A stretch of 64,000 nt of DNA from Microgenomates group bacterium (GTDB lineage: Bacteria; Patescibacteriota; Microgenomatia; PFEM01; JBNASD01). Position 1 is the first letter of the stretch. Each line of letters begins with the position of its first letter. The notes below the pieces were generated by a model. The model saw nothing but the letters and a program-made list of their open reading frames with translations. It ran no database searches and was not told the DNA's origin. A program made the position numbers and the translations under genes. Positions 18,120 through 27,757 of this stretch are shown piece by piece. The DNA is taken from contig JBNASD010000004.1 in assembly GCA_049720225.1 (NCBI GenBank), positions 1,117 through 65,116 of the forward strand. The letters are read 5' to 3'.

Positions 18120-18983
18120 TTAAAGTTCTTCTAAATTGTTAGGTATTGAATTATTGATAGTTTTGGGGACAAACTCAAGGTACTTTTCAGTGGTGGTAAC
18201 ACTTCGGTGTCCCACTACTTTTTGTACTAAAGGAATAGGAACGCCGGCCGCTAATTGGTGCACAATAAAAGTGTGCCTTAAGGAATGGACAGAAGCATTT
18301 TTTATACCTGCTTTTTTAAGATAACGTTGTAAAGAAGCGCGGATATTGCGGACTAAAAAAGGTCGGCCAGTTTTGGTTACCAAAAGAAATTTATTTTCTG
18401 TTTTTGGTCGAATATTTAACCAGCGGACAAGAGCTTTTTTAATTGCTGAATTTAAAGGAACAGTCCTTTCTGGATTTGTTTCGTAAGCTCTAATTCTAAT
18501 TTCTTTTTCGGAAAAATCATCAAGTTGTAACCTCTCAAGTTCACCTATTCTCATTCCTGTCTGCAAAAGGAGTTCTACCACCAATGCCATTCTGGCGTCT
18601 TCTCTTACTGCGTCTCTTAATGCTCGATATTCTGTTTCGGTAAGAACACGAGGAATGCTAGGTTTTATTTTTGGATAAGTAACCGTTAGACTAGGATCTT
18701 CTTTAATTATTTTTTCATTTTTAAGCCAACGAAAGAAAGAACGGATAGAGTTTAATTTTCGGAAAACAGATTTAGGGGTATATTTTTTGTTTTCTAAAGA
18801 AGATTTAAAATCTTCAATATCTTGAGAAGAAACAGAATTTATTTGAGCTATTCTTCTTTCTTTTAAGAAACTTATTAACTGCGAAAGATCATTGGAATAT
18901 GATAAAATGGTAAAAGTTGATTTTTTTGACTTTTTAAGATATTCAACAAAATTTGCCAGAAGAGTTTCCAGGTTGGTATCCAT
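18120..18983 (-). CDS. Tyrosine-type site-specific recombinase (XerC/XerD-like integrase)
   Basis: 287 aa with the R...HxxR...Y catalytic signature (HSLRHTF, GHRSVTTTEKYLE). The stop codon lies 3 nt from the tRNA 3' end. Confidence 0.8.
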   Translation of the reverse strand: MDTNLETLLANFVEYLKKSKKSTFTILSYSNDLSQLISFLKERRIAQINSVSSQDIEDFKSSLENKKYTPKSVFRKLNSIRSFFRWLKNEKIIKEDPSLTVTYPKIKPSIPRVLTETEYRALRDAVREDARMALVVELLLQTGMRIGELERLQLDDFSEKEIRIRAYETNPERTVPLNSAIKKALVRWLNIRPKTENKFLLVTKTGRPFLVRNIRASLQRYLKKAGIKNASVHSLRHTFIVHQLAAGVPIPLVQKVVGHRSVTTTEKYLEFVPKTINNSIPNNLEEL

Positions 18984-19034
18984 AACAAGCCGATAATAAC
19001 ATTAAAAAGGGATATCTGTCAAGGTAAAATTTAA

Positions 19035-19385
19035 ATGAAAAGTAAAATTATTAAAGGATTAATTTTAATCTTTACAATTTATCTTATATTAAAAACAGGG
19101 AGCGATATTTCAAAAATTTTTAATGCTTTCAAAAAAATAGAAAAAACAAAAGCAGAAGTGTTAGTTTTAGAAAAGAAGAAAAATGAACTTCTCCAAAAAA
19201 AAGAATATTATCAATCAGAGGAGTTTATTGAACAGGAAGCGCGAAATAAACTTAATATGGCTAAACCGGGAGAAATTGTGGTGATTTTACCTCCTGATTT
19301 TCAAAAATTTTTAAGAAAAAATAATAATGAACTTTCTAAAAATATTCCCTCCTGGAGACAATGGTGGCAATTATTTTTTAATTAA
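19035..19385 (+). CDS. Septum formation initiator FtsB/DivIC-like protein
   Basis: N-terminal TM, a coiled-coil region, and the EEFIEQEARNKLNMAKPGEIVV motif characteristic of FtsB/DivIC. Confidence 0.55.
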   Translation: MKSKIIKGLILIFTIYLILKTGSDISKIFNAFKKIEKTKAEVLVLEKKKNELLQKKEYYQSEEFIEQEARNKLNMAKPGEIVVILPPDFQKFLRKNNNELSKNIPSWRQWWQLFFN

Positions 19386-19410
19386 GCTGGAAAATAAGTT
19401 TAGTTTTTAT

Positions 19411-19416
19411 TATAAT
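19411..19416 (+). promoter_or_regulatory. Candidate -10 element (TATAAT) for the tRNA-fMet/tRNA-Met transcript
   Basis: Perfect TATAAT 10 nt upstream of the tRNA-fMet 5' end. No convincing -35 element. Confidence 0.35.
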
Positions 19417-19426
19417 TTATTTATTA

Positions 19427-19499
19427 CGCGGGGTAGTGTACGGTCGCACGCGAGGCTCATAACCTCGCAGGCTAGGTTCAACTCCTAGCCCCGCAACCA
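19427..19499 (+). tRNA. Initiator tRNA-fMet (CAU)
   Basis: Starts CGCGGGG and ends CCCCGCAACCA, giving a C1xA72 mismatch. Three G-C pairs in the anticodon stem (cgagg-cuCAUaa-cctcg). CCA is encoded. Confidence 0.8.
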
Positions 19500-19573
19500 G
19501 GCAGGGTAGCTCAGCTGGTTAGAGCGGGTGATTCATAACCACCAGGCCGGCGGTTCGAATCCGCCCCCTGCCA
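19500..19573 (+). tRNA. Elongator tRNA-Met (CAU); tRNA-Ile2(k2CAU) not excluded
   Basis: Acceptor ggcaggg/ccctgcc, D-arm gctc-agctggtta-gagc, anticodon loop uuCAUaa, T-arm ggcgg-ttcgaat-ccgcc, no encoded CCA. Immediately abuts the tRNA-fMet. Confidence 0.65.
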
Positions 19574-19600
19574 CTTTTAAAAGAAAGGAGGTTTTTATAA

Positions 19601-19657
19601 ATGAAAAAAATTTTGGAAATTTTGAAATCTTGGTGGCACAAACTAACCGGTAAATAA
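19601..19657 (+). CDS. Candidate 18-aa leader peptide MKKILEILKSWWHKLTGK with tandem Trp codons
   Basis: Strong SD (AGGAGG) 9 nt upstream of the ATG. The ORF contains TGG-TGG and is followed within 30 nt by an intrinsic terminator, with tRNA-Trp and trpS immediately downstream. Confidence 0.4.
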   Translation: MKKILEILKSWWHKLTGK

Positions 19658-19684
19658 CCGCCGGTGGGTTTGTAAAAAATTTTT

Positions 19685-19711
19685 AAAACTCGCCGTGCGG
19701 GCGAGTTTTTT
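19685..19711 (+). terminator. Rho-independent terminator (stem actcgcc/ggcgagt, loop gtgcg, T6 tail)
   Basis: GC-rich 7-bp hairpin followed by TTTTTT. Possible alternative pairing between ccgccggtgggttt (19659-19672) and upstream caaactaaccgg. Confidence 0.55.
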
Positions 19712-19717
19712 AATAAT

Positions 19718-19791
19718 AGGGCCGTCGGTTAATGGTAAACCACGGGTCTCCAAAACCCGGACTCCCCGTTCGAGTCGGGGCGGCCCTGCCA
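19718..19791 (+). tRNA. tRNA-Trp (CCA)
   Basis: Acceptor agggccg/cggccct, D-stem ggtt/aacc, anticodon stem cgggt/acccg with loop cuCCAaa, T-arm ccccg-ttcgagt-cgggg, discriminator G, encoded CCA. Confidence 0.75.
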
Positions 19792-20810
19792 TGAGGAAAG
19801 AAAATTGTAAATTGCAAATTACAAATAAAAAAAAGCGAGTTTTTTCGGGGACCAGACCAACAGGAAGGCTTCATTTAGGAAATTATCTAGGAGCAGTTAA
19901 AGGATATTTAGAGTTACAAAACCGGCCTGAGTTTGATTGTATTTATTCGGTGGTCGATTTACATGGAATTACTACCCCCTATAATCCCAAAACTTATCAA
20001 CAGCAAATTTATGATGTCGTTTTGGATTATTTAGCCTGTGGTTTAGATCCCCAAAAATGCCATTTAATGATTCAATCTCAAGTTTCCGAGCATTTGGAAT
20101 TAGCTTATTTATTAGGAACAATTTATCCGGTCTCCCGAGTAGAACAACTACCTACCTATAAAGAGAAAAAGAGGGAAAATCCTCATTATATAAATGTTGG
20201 TCTTTTTTACTATCCAATTTTAATGGCAGCTGATATTTTAATTTATAAAGCAGAATTAGTGCCTGTAGGGATAGATCAGGAACCTCATTTAGAGTTAACG
20301 CGGGAGGTAGCCAGAAAATTTAATTCAATGTTTGCACCAATCTTTCCCGAACCCCAACGATTTGCTACTTATGGAGAATATGTTCCCAGTTTATTGGGAG
20401 AAGGAAAAATGAGTAAATCAAAGAAAGGAAGTTATATTTTACTTACCGATGACTTAATAACTATTAGAAAAAAATTAGCTGCCGCCCCGACTGATATGGG
20501 TAAAGGAGAAAAGGTTCCCCAAGTCGGTGGAGTGGCAAATTTATTAAAATTAGTAGAGCTTTTTGAGGGAAAAGAAAAAAGAAAAAAATACGAACAGCAA
20601 TATCTAAATGAGGGAATAAAATATCAGCAATTAAAAGAAGAGCTAGCAGAGGCAATTTTTCAAGAAATTAAGCCAATCCAACAACGAAGGAAAGAATTTG
20701 AAGGCAAACCAAAACTAGTGGCGAAAATTTTAGAAGAAGGACGTAAATATTGCTCCAAAATTGCCCGCCAAACTCTTCAGGAAGTGAAAAAAGCAATGGG
20801 GTTAGTTTAG
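19791..20810 (+). CDS. trpS: Tryptophanyl-tRNA synthetase
   Basis: VFSGTRPTGRLHLGNYLGA (HIGH-type motif) and KMSKSK. The ORF-track start at 19695 would read through tRNA-Trp, so the start is placed at ATG 19791 (or TTG 19812). Confidence 0.8.
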   Translation: MRKENCKLQITNKKKRVFSGTRPTGRLHLGNYLGAVKGYLELQNRPEFDCIYSVVDLHGITTPYNPKTYQQQIYDVVLDYLACGLDPQKCHLMIQSQVSEHLELAYLLGTIYPVSRVEQLPTYKEKKRENPHYINVGLFYYPILMAADILIYKAELVPVGIDQEPHLELTREVARKFNSMFAPIFPEPQRFATYGEYVPSLLGEGKMSKSKKGSYILLTDDLITIRKKLAAAPTDMGKGEKVPQVGGVANLLKLVELFEGKEKRKKYEQQYLNEGIKYQQLKEELAEAIFQEIKPIQQRRKEFEGKPKLVAKILEEGRKYCSKIARQTLQEVKKAMGLV

Positions 20811-20831
20811 CTTTTATGATAAAATAAACTA

Positions 20832-22700
20832 ATGGCGAATTTTTCTAAAATTTCTAAAAAAAATAATAAAATTAAAAAAATTGAATTGAAATTTAAATTT
20901 AATTTAAAAAATGTTTTGATTTGGCTTTTTTTTCTTTGGTTGGGATTGTCATTTTTAATTTCTTTAAGAATCCAGGAGCCAGGAAAAGAAAAAATTCCTC
21001 TTTCTCAAGCTCTTCAGGATATTAAAGAAGGAAGAATAGAAAAAGTAGAAGTAGAAGATAGTCGTCTTTATTTAACTTATAAAGATGGTCGGGTAGTTCT
21101 TTCTCAAAAAGAATCGGGGGTCAGTTTTGCCGAGATTCTTAAATCAGCAGAAATTCCCCCTCAATCAGTAAATTTTATAGTTAAAGAATTGCCAATTTCT
21201 ACCTCTTTATTAGATTTATTGGCCACCTTACTACCGGCGGTTTTAATGATTTTTTTCTTTATTTATCTTTTTCGTCAGGCAAAAGGTGCTCAGGAATCAA
21301 TTTTTTCTTTTGGTAAATCAACGGCCAAAATTTTTGCCAAAGGAAAACAATCGGTTACCTTTGCTGATGTTGCCGGTGTTGACGAAGCAAAAAAAGAATT
21401 GGAAGAAGTGGTTGATTTTTTAAAACATCCAGAAAAATATCGTCGATTAGGAGCAAGAACCCCTAAGGGAGTTTTATTAGTTGGTCCCTCCGGCTGTGGA
21501 AAAACTCTTTTAGCAAAAGCGGTCGCTGGTGAAGCAGGAGTACCGTTTTTTTCTGCCGCCGGTTCAGAATTTATGGAGATGTTGGTAGGGGTTGGGCCCG
21601 CCAGAATTCGCGATTTGTTTGCTCAGGCAAAAAAAGCTGCTCCTTCAATTATTTTTATCGATGAAATAGACGCTATTGGTCGCCAACGAGGTTTAGGGTT
21701 TACTTCTGGACATGATGAAAGAGAGCAAACTTTAAACCAAATTTTGGTGGAAATGGATGGATTTACACCGGCAGATAATGTGGTGGTGATTGCCGCTACT
21801 AATCGTCCCGACATTTTAGATCCTGCCTTAGTTAGGCCAGGACGATTTGATCGTCGGGTAGTAGTCGATTTGCCAGATTTAGAAGATCGAAAGGCGATTT
21901 TACAAATTCACGCTCGGGGAAAAATTTTTGAGAAAGATGTTGATTGGGATCAAATCGCGCGCGCTACTGTTGGTTTTTCCGGCGCAGATTTAGAAAATAT
22001 GCTTAACGAGGCAGCAATTTTAGCGGCTCGAAATAATCGGAAAGCAATTACCAAAGAAGATATTAACGAGGCAGCGTTAAAAGTAAAATTAGGACCGGAG
22101 AAAAAAAGACTTCAGTCAGAAGAGGAAAAAAGAATGACTGCTTACCACGAAGCCGGACACGCAGTAGTTTCTTACTATCTTCCTCATATGGATCCGGTAG
22201 CCCGCGTTTCGATTGTTTCTCGGGGTTTAGCACTAGGATTTACCTTAATTCCTCCCCAAAAAGATCGTTATCATGAGACAAAGACTCATTTGGAAGAAAC
22301 AATTGTTTCTTTATTAGGAGGAAGGGCGGCAGAAGAAATTGTTTTTAAGGAATTAACTGCCGGTGCCGCCTCGGACATTGATAAGGCAACGAAAATTGCT
22401 CGTCAAATGGTAGTTGATTTGGGAATGAGCCGTTTAGGACCAATCTATTTAGGACCACAAATTGAAGAAGGTGAATGGGGAAAAAGCTGGTGGCAACCCG
22501 CGGAAATTTCTCCTCAAATGGCGGCAAAAGTAGATGAAGAAATTAAAAGAATTGTTGATGAAGCTTATCAGAAAGCACTTTCAATTTTGAAAAAATCAAG
22601 GAAAAAACTTGATTTAGTGGCCAAAACTTTATTAGAGAAAGAAACAATTGAACAGGAAGAATTTATGGAATTAATGAAGAAAAACGAAAATTCTTCTTAA
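20832..22700 (+). CDS. ftsH: ATP-dependent zinc metalloprotease FtsH
   Basis: TM segments, AAA Walker A (GPSGCGKT), second region of homology, and the HEAGHAVV zinc-binding motif. Confidence 0.9.
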   Translation: MANFSKISKKNNKIKKIELKFKFNLKNVLIWLFFLWLGLSFLISLRIQEPGKEKIPLSQALQDIKEGRIEKVEVEDSRLYLTYKDGRVVLSQKESGVSFAEILKSAEIPPQSVNFIVKELPISTSLLDLLATLLPAVLMIFFFIYLFRQAKGAQESIFSFGKSTAKIFAKGKQSVTFADVAGVDEAKKELEEVVDFLKHPEKYRRLGARTPKGVLLVGPSGCGKTLLAKAVAGEAGVPFFSAAGSEFMEMLVGVGPARIRDLFAQAKKAAPSIIFIDEIDAIGRQRGLGFTSGHDEREQTLNQILVEMDGFTPADNVVVIAATNRPDILDPALVRPGRFDRRVVVDLPDLEDRKAILQIHARGKIFEKDVDWDQIARATVGFSGADLENMLNEAAILAARNNRKAITKEDINEAALKVKLGPEKKRLQSEEEKRMTAYHEAGHAVVSYYLPHMDPVARVSIVSRGLALGFTLIPPQKDRYHETKTHLEETIVSLLGGRAAEEIVFKELTAGAASDIDKATKIARQMVVDLGMSRLGPIYLGPQIEEGEWGKSWWQPAEISPQMAAKVDEEIKRIVDEAYQKALSILKKSRKKLDLVAKTLLEKETIEQEEFMELMKKNENSS

Positions 22701-22720
22701 AAAATTTTTTAATCTAGATA

Positions 22721-23647
22721 ATGAAGACGAAGTTATTTCTTTTTTCTGGTTTCCTTTTAGTTGTTTTTGCTTTTTCTTTTTGGCAAAAAGCATTTTTAAA
22801 AGGATTAATAAAAGTTTTTTTAGGAAAAAAAGAGGTGATTTCTTCTTTGAATAAAGCTTCTTCGATTCCGGCGGTTTTGGGAGAAGTGAAGACATTAGAA
22901 GTTAATTTTGATTTTGGTGAAATTAAAGAAGAGAGAGGAATTTTGGCTCAGGGAGTTTTTGTTTATGATTTAACTAATAAAAAAATCATTTTTCAGAAAA
23001 ATCCCCATTTAAAACTTCCTTCCGCTTCCACAATTAAAATTGTGACCGCCGCGATTGCTTTAGATAAAGGAAAACTTGAGGAAGAATTAACGGTGAATTA
23101 TTTTCCTACTTTTGTTGGCGAAAGCAGTATGAATTTAAGTTTTGGAGAAAAATTTACTCTAGAAGAACTTCTTTATGGATTATTGATGGTTTCCGGAAAT
23201 GATGCAGCAGAAACAATTGCTCAGGGAATTGGAGGAAAAAGAGAAACTTTTGTAAAATGGATGAATGAATTTGCCAAGAAAATTGGGGCTAAAAATACTA
23301 ATTTTACTACCCCATCAGGATTAGATGAAGAAGGTCAATATACCACTGCTTACGATTTATTTTTATTAGGAAGTTATATTTTCAATCATTATCCAAAAAT
23401 TTTAGAAATTTCTACCACTAAAGAAAAATACTTACCCCAAAATGATAAACATAAAGCTTATTTTTTAAGAAACAAATTTTTGCTTTTAGATCAATTTCCT
23501 ATCTTAGCTGCTAAACCCGGATTAGGAGAAGGAGGAATGCTTTCGTTAGTGGCCTTATTAGAAAAAGAAAAAAGAAAGATCTTAGTGGTGTTAATTCGCA
23601 CTCCGTCTTTAAGACATGACCTTGACAAAATTTTAAATTTGCTTTAA
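22721..23647 (+). CDS. D-alanyl-D-alanine carboxypeptidase (S11, PBP5/6-like)
   Basis: SASTIK (SxxK) and SGNDAAE (SxN) motifs, with an N-terminal signal/TM. Confidence 0.7.
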   Translation: MKTKLFLFSGFLLVVFAFSFWQKAFLKGLIKVFLGKKEVISSLNKASSIPAVLGEVKTLEVNFDFGEIKEERGILAQGVFVYDLTNKKIIFQKNPHLKLPSASTIKIVTAAIALDKGKLEEELTVNYFPTFVGESSMNLSFGEKFTLEELLYGLLMVSGNDAAETIAQGIGGKRETFVKWMNEFAKKIGAKNTNFTTPSGLDEEGQYTTAYDLFLLGSYIFNHYPKILEISTTKEKYLPQNDKHKAYFLRNKFLLLDQFPILAAKPGLGEGGMLSLVALLEKEKRKILVVLIRTPSLRHDLDKILNLL

Positions 23648-23655
23648 AAAGACTT

Positions 23656-24288
23656 ATGTTTTTGATTGATTTTATTATTCATTTAGATAAACACTTAGGA
23701 GAAATTATTGCCCAATATGGAACAATTACTTATGGGATTTTATTTATAATTATTTTTGTAGAAACCGGTTTAGTTTTTACTCCCTTTCTACCTGGTGATT
23801 CTTTACTTTTTGCTGCCGGGGCTTTTTCTGCCTTAGGATCATTAAATATTGGTTTAGTAATTTTTTTGTTAATTTTAGCGGCGGTTTTAGGGGATACTTC
23901 TAATTATTGGATTGGTCATTTTTTTGGCAAAAAAATCTTAGCTCACCCTAAGATTCCTATTAATCCTGAACATCTTAAAAAAACAGAAGATTTTTTTGAT
24001 AAACATGGAGGGAAAACAATCATTTTAGCTCGATTTGTGCCCATTGTTAGAACTTTTGCTCCTTTTGTTGCGGGAATTGGAAAAATGAATTATCCTAAAT
24101 TTATTAGTTATAACATTATTGGCGGAGTTTTATGGGTAACTCTTTTTTCTTTAGCTGGCTTCTTTTTTGGTAATATTCCTTTTATAAGAAAAAATTTTTC
24201 GTTGGTAATTTTAGCGATAATTTTAATTTCGGTAATTCCTATTTTTTTGGAAGCAAGAAAAGCAAATAATGAAAAAAAATTACCTTAA
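23656..24288 (+). CDS. DedA-family membrane protein (VTT domain)
   Basis: FLPGDSLLFAAGAF and ILARFVPIVRTFAPFVAGIGKM motifs. Confidence 0.75.
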   Translation: MFLIDFIIHLDKHLGEIIAQYGTITYGILFIIIFVETGLVFTPFLPGDSLLFAAGAFSALGSLNIGLVIFLLILAAVLGDTSNYWIGHFFGKKILAHPKIPINPEHLKKTEDFFDKHGGKTIILARFVPIVRTFAPFVAGIGKMNYPKFISYNIIGGVLWVTLFSLAGFFFGNIPFIRKNFSLVILAIILISVIPIFLEARKANNEKKLP

Positions 24289-25669
24289 TCTTCTTTTTTC
24301 CTTTTTAAAAGGGATACTTTTAGGAATAGGATTAATTTTTCTTTTTTTAACCGGAGTAATTTTTTTTCTTCAAAAAAAATATCAAGATAGAGTTTATCCA
24401 GGGATTTTTTTATTTTCCTTGCCATTAGAAGGAAAAACTCCTTTAGAAATAAAGGAATTACTTGAAGAAAAAGAGGAAGAAATTAAAAAAAGAAAATTGG
24501 TTTTTCTTTTTAATAATAACGGAGAAAGAAAATGGGAAATTACCCCTTCGATGATTGATTGGAGCTTGAATAAAGAATTAATCATAAACGATTGTTTAAC
24601 CAAGGGAAGAGGAAGCTTCGGTTTTTTAGAACTTTATCGATTAATTATTTTTCCTTTAGAAATAAAACCAGAGTTTTTATGGAATAAGGAAGAATTAGAG
24701 AAAATAATTAACCAAATTGCTAGTGAGGTTAATCGACCAGCCCAAGAAGCGCTTTTTGAGTTTAAAGAAGGAAAAGTAATTAATTTTCAAGTTTCTAAAG
24801 AAGGTCAAGAATTAAAAAAAGAAGAGGTAGAAAAGTTAATTATTTTAGCTTTTTCCCAACCGTTATTAGAAAAAAATCTTCTTGTGGTAGAATTACCTGT
24901 TAGAACTTTATTTCCCCGAATAACCACAGAAAAAAGTAATCAATTAGGAATTAAAGAACTTTTAGGTGAGGGAGAATCATTTTTTTATGATTCAATTCCT
25001 TCGCGAATTCATAACATTGCTTTAGCATCCTCTTATCTTCATGGCGTAGTAATTCCCCCCGGAGAAATTTTTTCTTTTGCAAAACAGGTGGGAGAAATTA
25101 CTTCTGCCAAAGGATATCAACCTGCTTATGTTATTAAAAATAAAGAAACTGTTTTGGAGGATGGAGGTGGAGTTTGTCAGGTTTCCACTACCCTGTTTCG
25201 AGCGGCGTTAAATGCAGGATTGCCAATCGTTGAAAGGAAAGCTCATTATTATCGGGTAGGTTATTATGAGCAAGGAGGTTATCCACCAGGGTTAGATGCA
25301 ACGGTTTATCCCCCTTCTCCTGATTTTAAGTTTAAGAATGATACGCCCGCTTATATTTTAATTCAAGCAGAATTTAATAAAAAAGAAAAACAATTAGTTT
25401 TTAAACTTTACGGAACTTCTGACGGAAGAAAGGTAGAAATAAGCAAGCCAATAATTCATTCACAAACTCCGCCGCCGGAACCAGTTTACCTTGATGATCC
25501 AAATTTACCGCCAGGAGTAATTAAGAAAATTGATTCTCCACATTGGGGAGCTAAAGTATCTTTTACTCGAAAAGTTTGGAACGCCGATGGTTCATTAAAA
25601 GAAGAGCAAACTTTTTGGTCAAATTATGTTGCCTGGCCGGCAGTTTATAAACGAGGGATAGGACAATAA
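24269..25669 (+). CDS. VanW-family protein (YoaR-like)
   Basis: GGGVCQVSTTLFRAALNAGLPIVERKAHYY matches the VanW domain core. N-terminal TM anchor. Confidence 0.7.
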   Translation: MKKNYLNLLFSFLKGILLGIGLIFLFLTGVIFFLQKKYQDRVYPGIFLFSLPLEGKTPLEIKELLEEKEEEIKKRKLVFLFNNNGERKWEITPSMIDWSLNKELIINDCLTKGRGSFGFLELYRLIIFPLEIKPEFLWNKEELEKIINQIASEVNRPAQEALFEFKEGKVINFQVSKEGQELKKEEVEKLIILAFSQPLLEKNLLVVELPVRTLFPRITTEKSNQLGIKELLGEGESFFYDSIPSRIHNIALASSYLHGVVIPPGEIFSFAKQVGEITSAKGYQPAYVIKNKETVLEDGGGVCQVSTTLFRAALNAGLPIVERKAHYYRVGYYEQGGYPPGLDATVYPPSPDFKFKNDTPAYILIQAEFNKKEKQLVFKLYGTSDGRKVEISKPIIHSQTPPPEPVYLDDPNLPPGVIKKIDSPHWGAKVSFTRKVWNADGSLKEEQTFWSNYVAWPAVYKRGIGQ

Positions 25670-25684
25670 TGGTAAAATAGCCTT

Positions 25685-26611
25685 ATGGAGCGATTAGTTT
25701 TAATCGACGGTCATGCATTACTTCATCGAGCTTATCATGCTTTTCCCCTAACCTTAAGGACTCGAAAAGGAGAAATTGTTAATGCAGTGTATGGTTTTAC
25801 GCGGATTTTATTAACCGTTTTAAAAGACCTAAAACCAAAATATTTAGCAGTTGCTTTTGATCGACCAGAGCCAACTTTTCGTCATCAAGAATATGTTGGT
25901 TATCAGGTCCAAAGACCAACTACCGAAAAAGAATTTAAAGAGCAAATTGTCAGAGTAAAAGAGGTGGTTAGGGCTTTTAATATTCCTATTTTTGAAAAAC
26001 CAGGATATGAAGCGGATGACGTTATTGCTTCTCTTATTTTTCAGGCGCAAAAAAAGTTTCAAAAATCAAACTCTGATTTTCAAATTATTATTGTGAGTGG
26101 AGATAAAGATTTAATGCAGTTAGTAGAAGATAAAGTTTTTCTTTATTTACCCCAAAAAGGTTTTACTGAGGCTAAACTTTGTGGAGAAAAAGAAGTAGAA
26201 GAAATTTTAGGAATTAAACCTTCTCAAGTAGTTGATTATAAAGCGTTAGTTGGTGATGCTTCTGATAATTATCCAGGAGTGCCAGGAATTGGCCCAAAAA
26301 CCGCCATTAATCTTTTACAACAATTTGGCAGTTTAAAAGGAATTTATAAAAACTTAAAAAAAATTTCCCCAAAAGTAGCCCAAAAGCTTAAAGATGGCAA
26401 AGAGAGTGCTGAGCTTTCTCAAAAACTAGCAAAAATTATTACCAATGTCCCAATAAAATTAAGCTTAAAAGCTTGCCGATTTGGTAATTATGATGAGCAG
26501 AAAGTGATTGCCTTATTTAAAGGGTTAGAATTTCGCAGTTTAATAAATAAACTACCTTCTAAGGAAGAAGAAAAAGTAAAAGAGAAAGATGAACAGATGA
26601 CTCTTTTTTAA
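25685..26611 (+). CDS. Stand-alone 5'-3' exonuclease (Pol I N-terminal FEN-like domain with H3TH)
   Basis: LVLIDGHALLHRAYHA start, the SGDKDLMQLV motif and the H3TH region (GVPGIGPKTA). Confidence 0.8.
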   Translation: MERLVLIDGHALLHRAYHAFPLTLRTRKGEIVNAVYGFTRILLTVLKDLKPKYLAVAFDRPEPTFRHQEYVGYQVQRPTTEKEFKEQIVRVKEVVRAFNIPIFEKPGYEADDVIASLIFQAQKKFQKSNSDFQIIIVSGDKDLMQLVEDKVFLYLPQKGFTEAKLCGEKEVEEILGIKPSQVVDYKALVGDASDNYPGVPGIGPKTAINLLQQFGSLKGIYKNLKKISPKVAQKLKDGKESAELSQKLAKIITNVPIKLSLKACRFGNYDEQKVIALFKGLEFRSLINKLPSKEEEKVKEKDEQMTLF

Positions 26612-26662
26612 AAAAATTTAAAATTTTCAATGTAAATTTACTATTTAAAATTTAAAATCTTT

Positions 26663-27757
26663 ATGAAGATCGCTTTAGTTCACGATTATTTAAAAGAATA
26701 TGGAGGAGCAGAAAGAGTCCTTAAGACTCTTCATGAAATTTGGCCAGAAGCACCAATTTACACTATTTATTACCAACAAAATTCTCCGGCAGGTAAAGTA
26801 TTTAAAGGTGCCAAAATTATTCAAAGTTGGTTTAGTTATTTACCATGGACAGATAAACTAATTAGTCCTCTGCGTTTTTTAATTCCTTTAATTTGGAGAA
26901 GCTTTGATTTTTCTTCTTATGATTTAGTGATTTCTTCTGCTTCTTGGGCAATTACTAAAGGCTTTGCCAAAGGAAAAACTAAGGAAATTTGTTATTGTCA
27001 TACTCCTCCTCGATATTTATACGGTTATGAAACCTCCAAAAATTGGCAAAAAAATCTTTTAATCAAAATTTATGCCTTAATTGTTAATCATTTTATGCGC
27101 CAATATGATTTTTCTCAGGCACAAAAGGTAACCTGGTTTATCGCCAATAGCCAAGAAGTTCAAAAAAGAATTAAAAAGTTTTATCGAAGAGAGAGCGTGG
27201 TGATTAATCCGCCGGTAGAAATTTTAAATTTTAAATTTGAAATTTCAAATTTAAAATATTATTTGGCGGGAGGAAGATTGGAGAAGCCGAAAAATTTTGA
27301 TTTAATTGTCAAAGCCTTCAATCAATTAGGATGGCCGCTTAAAATTTATGGCCGTGGAAGCCAAGAAGAATATTTACGAAAAATTGCCAAAAAGAATGTT
27401 GAATTTTTAGGTTGGGTTACTGAAGAAGAAAAATGGCGTTTACTTGCCGGTTGTAAAGCTTTTATTTGCGCTGCTACTGATGAAGATTTTGGGATTACAC
27501 CATTGGAGGCAATGGCGGTTGGCCGGCCAGTAATTGCCTTTAGGGGAGGAGGATATTTAGAGACGGTAATTGAAAGAAAAACTGGAGAGTTTTTTGATAA
27601 ATTAACAGTAGAGGCGTTAGTTGATGTTTTGAAAAAATTTAATCCCCAAAAATATTCTCCTTCCTTTTGTCGCCGTCACGCAAAAAAATTTAGCAAAGAG
27701 GAATTTATCAAAAAGATTAAAAATTTTGTAAAATCAAGATATGCCGGAGCTTCCTGA
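26663..27757 (+). CDS. Glycosyltransferase family 4 (GT-B fold)
   Basis: EDFGITPLEAMAVGRPVIA (EX7E motif region). Confidence 0.75.
   Translation: MKIALVHDYLKEYGGAERVLKTLHEIWPEAPIYTIYYQQNSPAGKVFKGAKIIQSWFSYLPWTDKLISPLRFLIPLIWRSFDFSSYDLVISSASWAITKGFAKGKTKEICYCHTPPRYLYGYETSKNWQKNLLIKIYALIVNHFMRQYDFSQAQKVTWFIANSQEVQKRIKKFYRRESVVINPPVEILNFKFEISNLKYYLAGGRLEKPKNFDLIVKAFNQLGWPLKIYGRGSQEEYLRKIAKKNVEFLGWVTEEEKWRLLAGCKAFICAATDEDFGITPLEAMAVGRPVIAFRGGGYLETVIERKTGEFFDKLTVEALVDVLKKFNPQKYSPSFCRRHAKKFSKEEFIKKIKNFVKSRYAGAS

Noticed and set aside
18120-18983. Prophage or genomic island anchored at the tRNA
   Set aside because: The recombinase is small and Xer-like. The genes immediately beyond it are core (ftsB-like, tRNAs, trpS). 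No phage structural or terminase genes and no att repeats were spotted. Kept only as a low-interest footprint finding.
19695-19790. N-terminal extension of the trpS ORF (MRASFLIIGPSVNGKPRVSKTRTPRSSRGGPA)
   Set aside because: This stretch folds into a canonical tRNA-Trp(CCA) cloverleaf. The real trpS start is at or after 19791.
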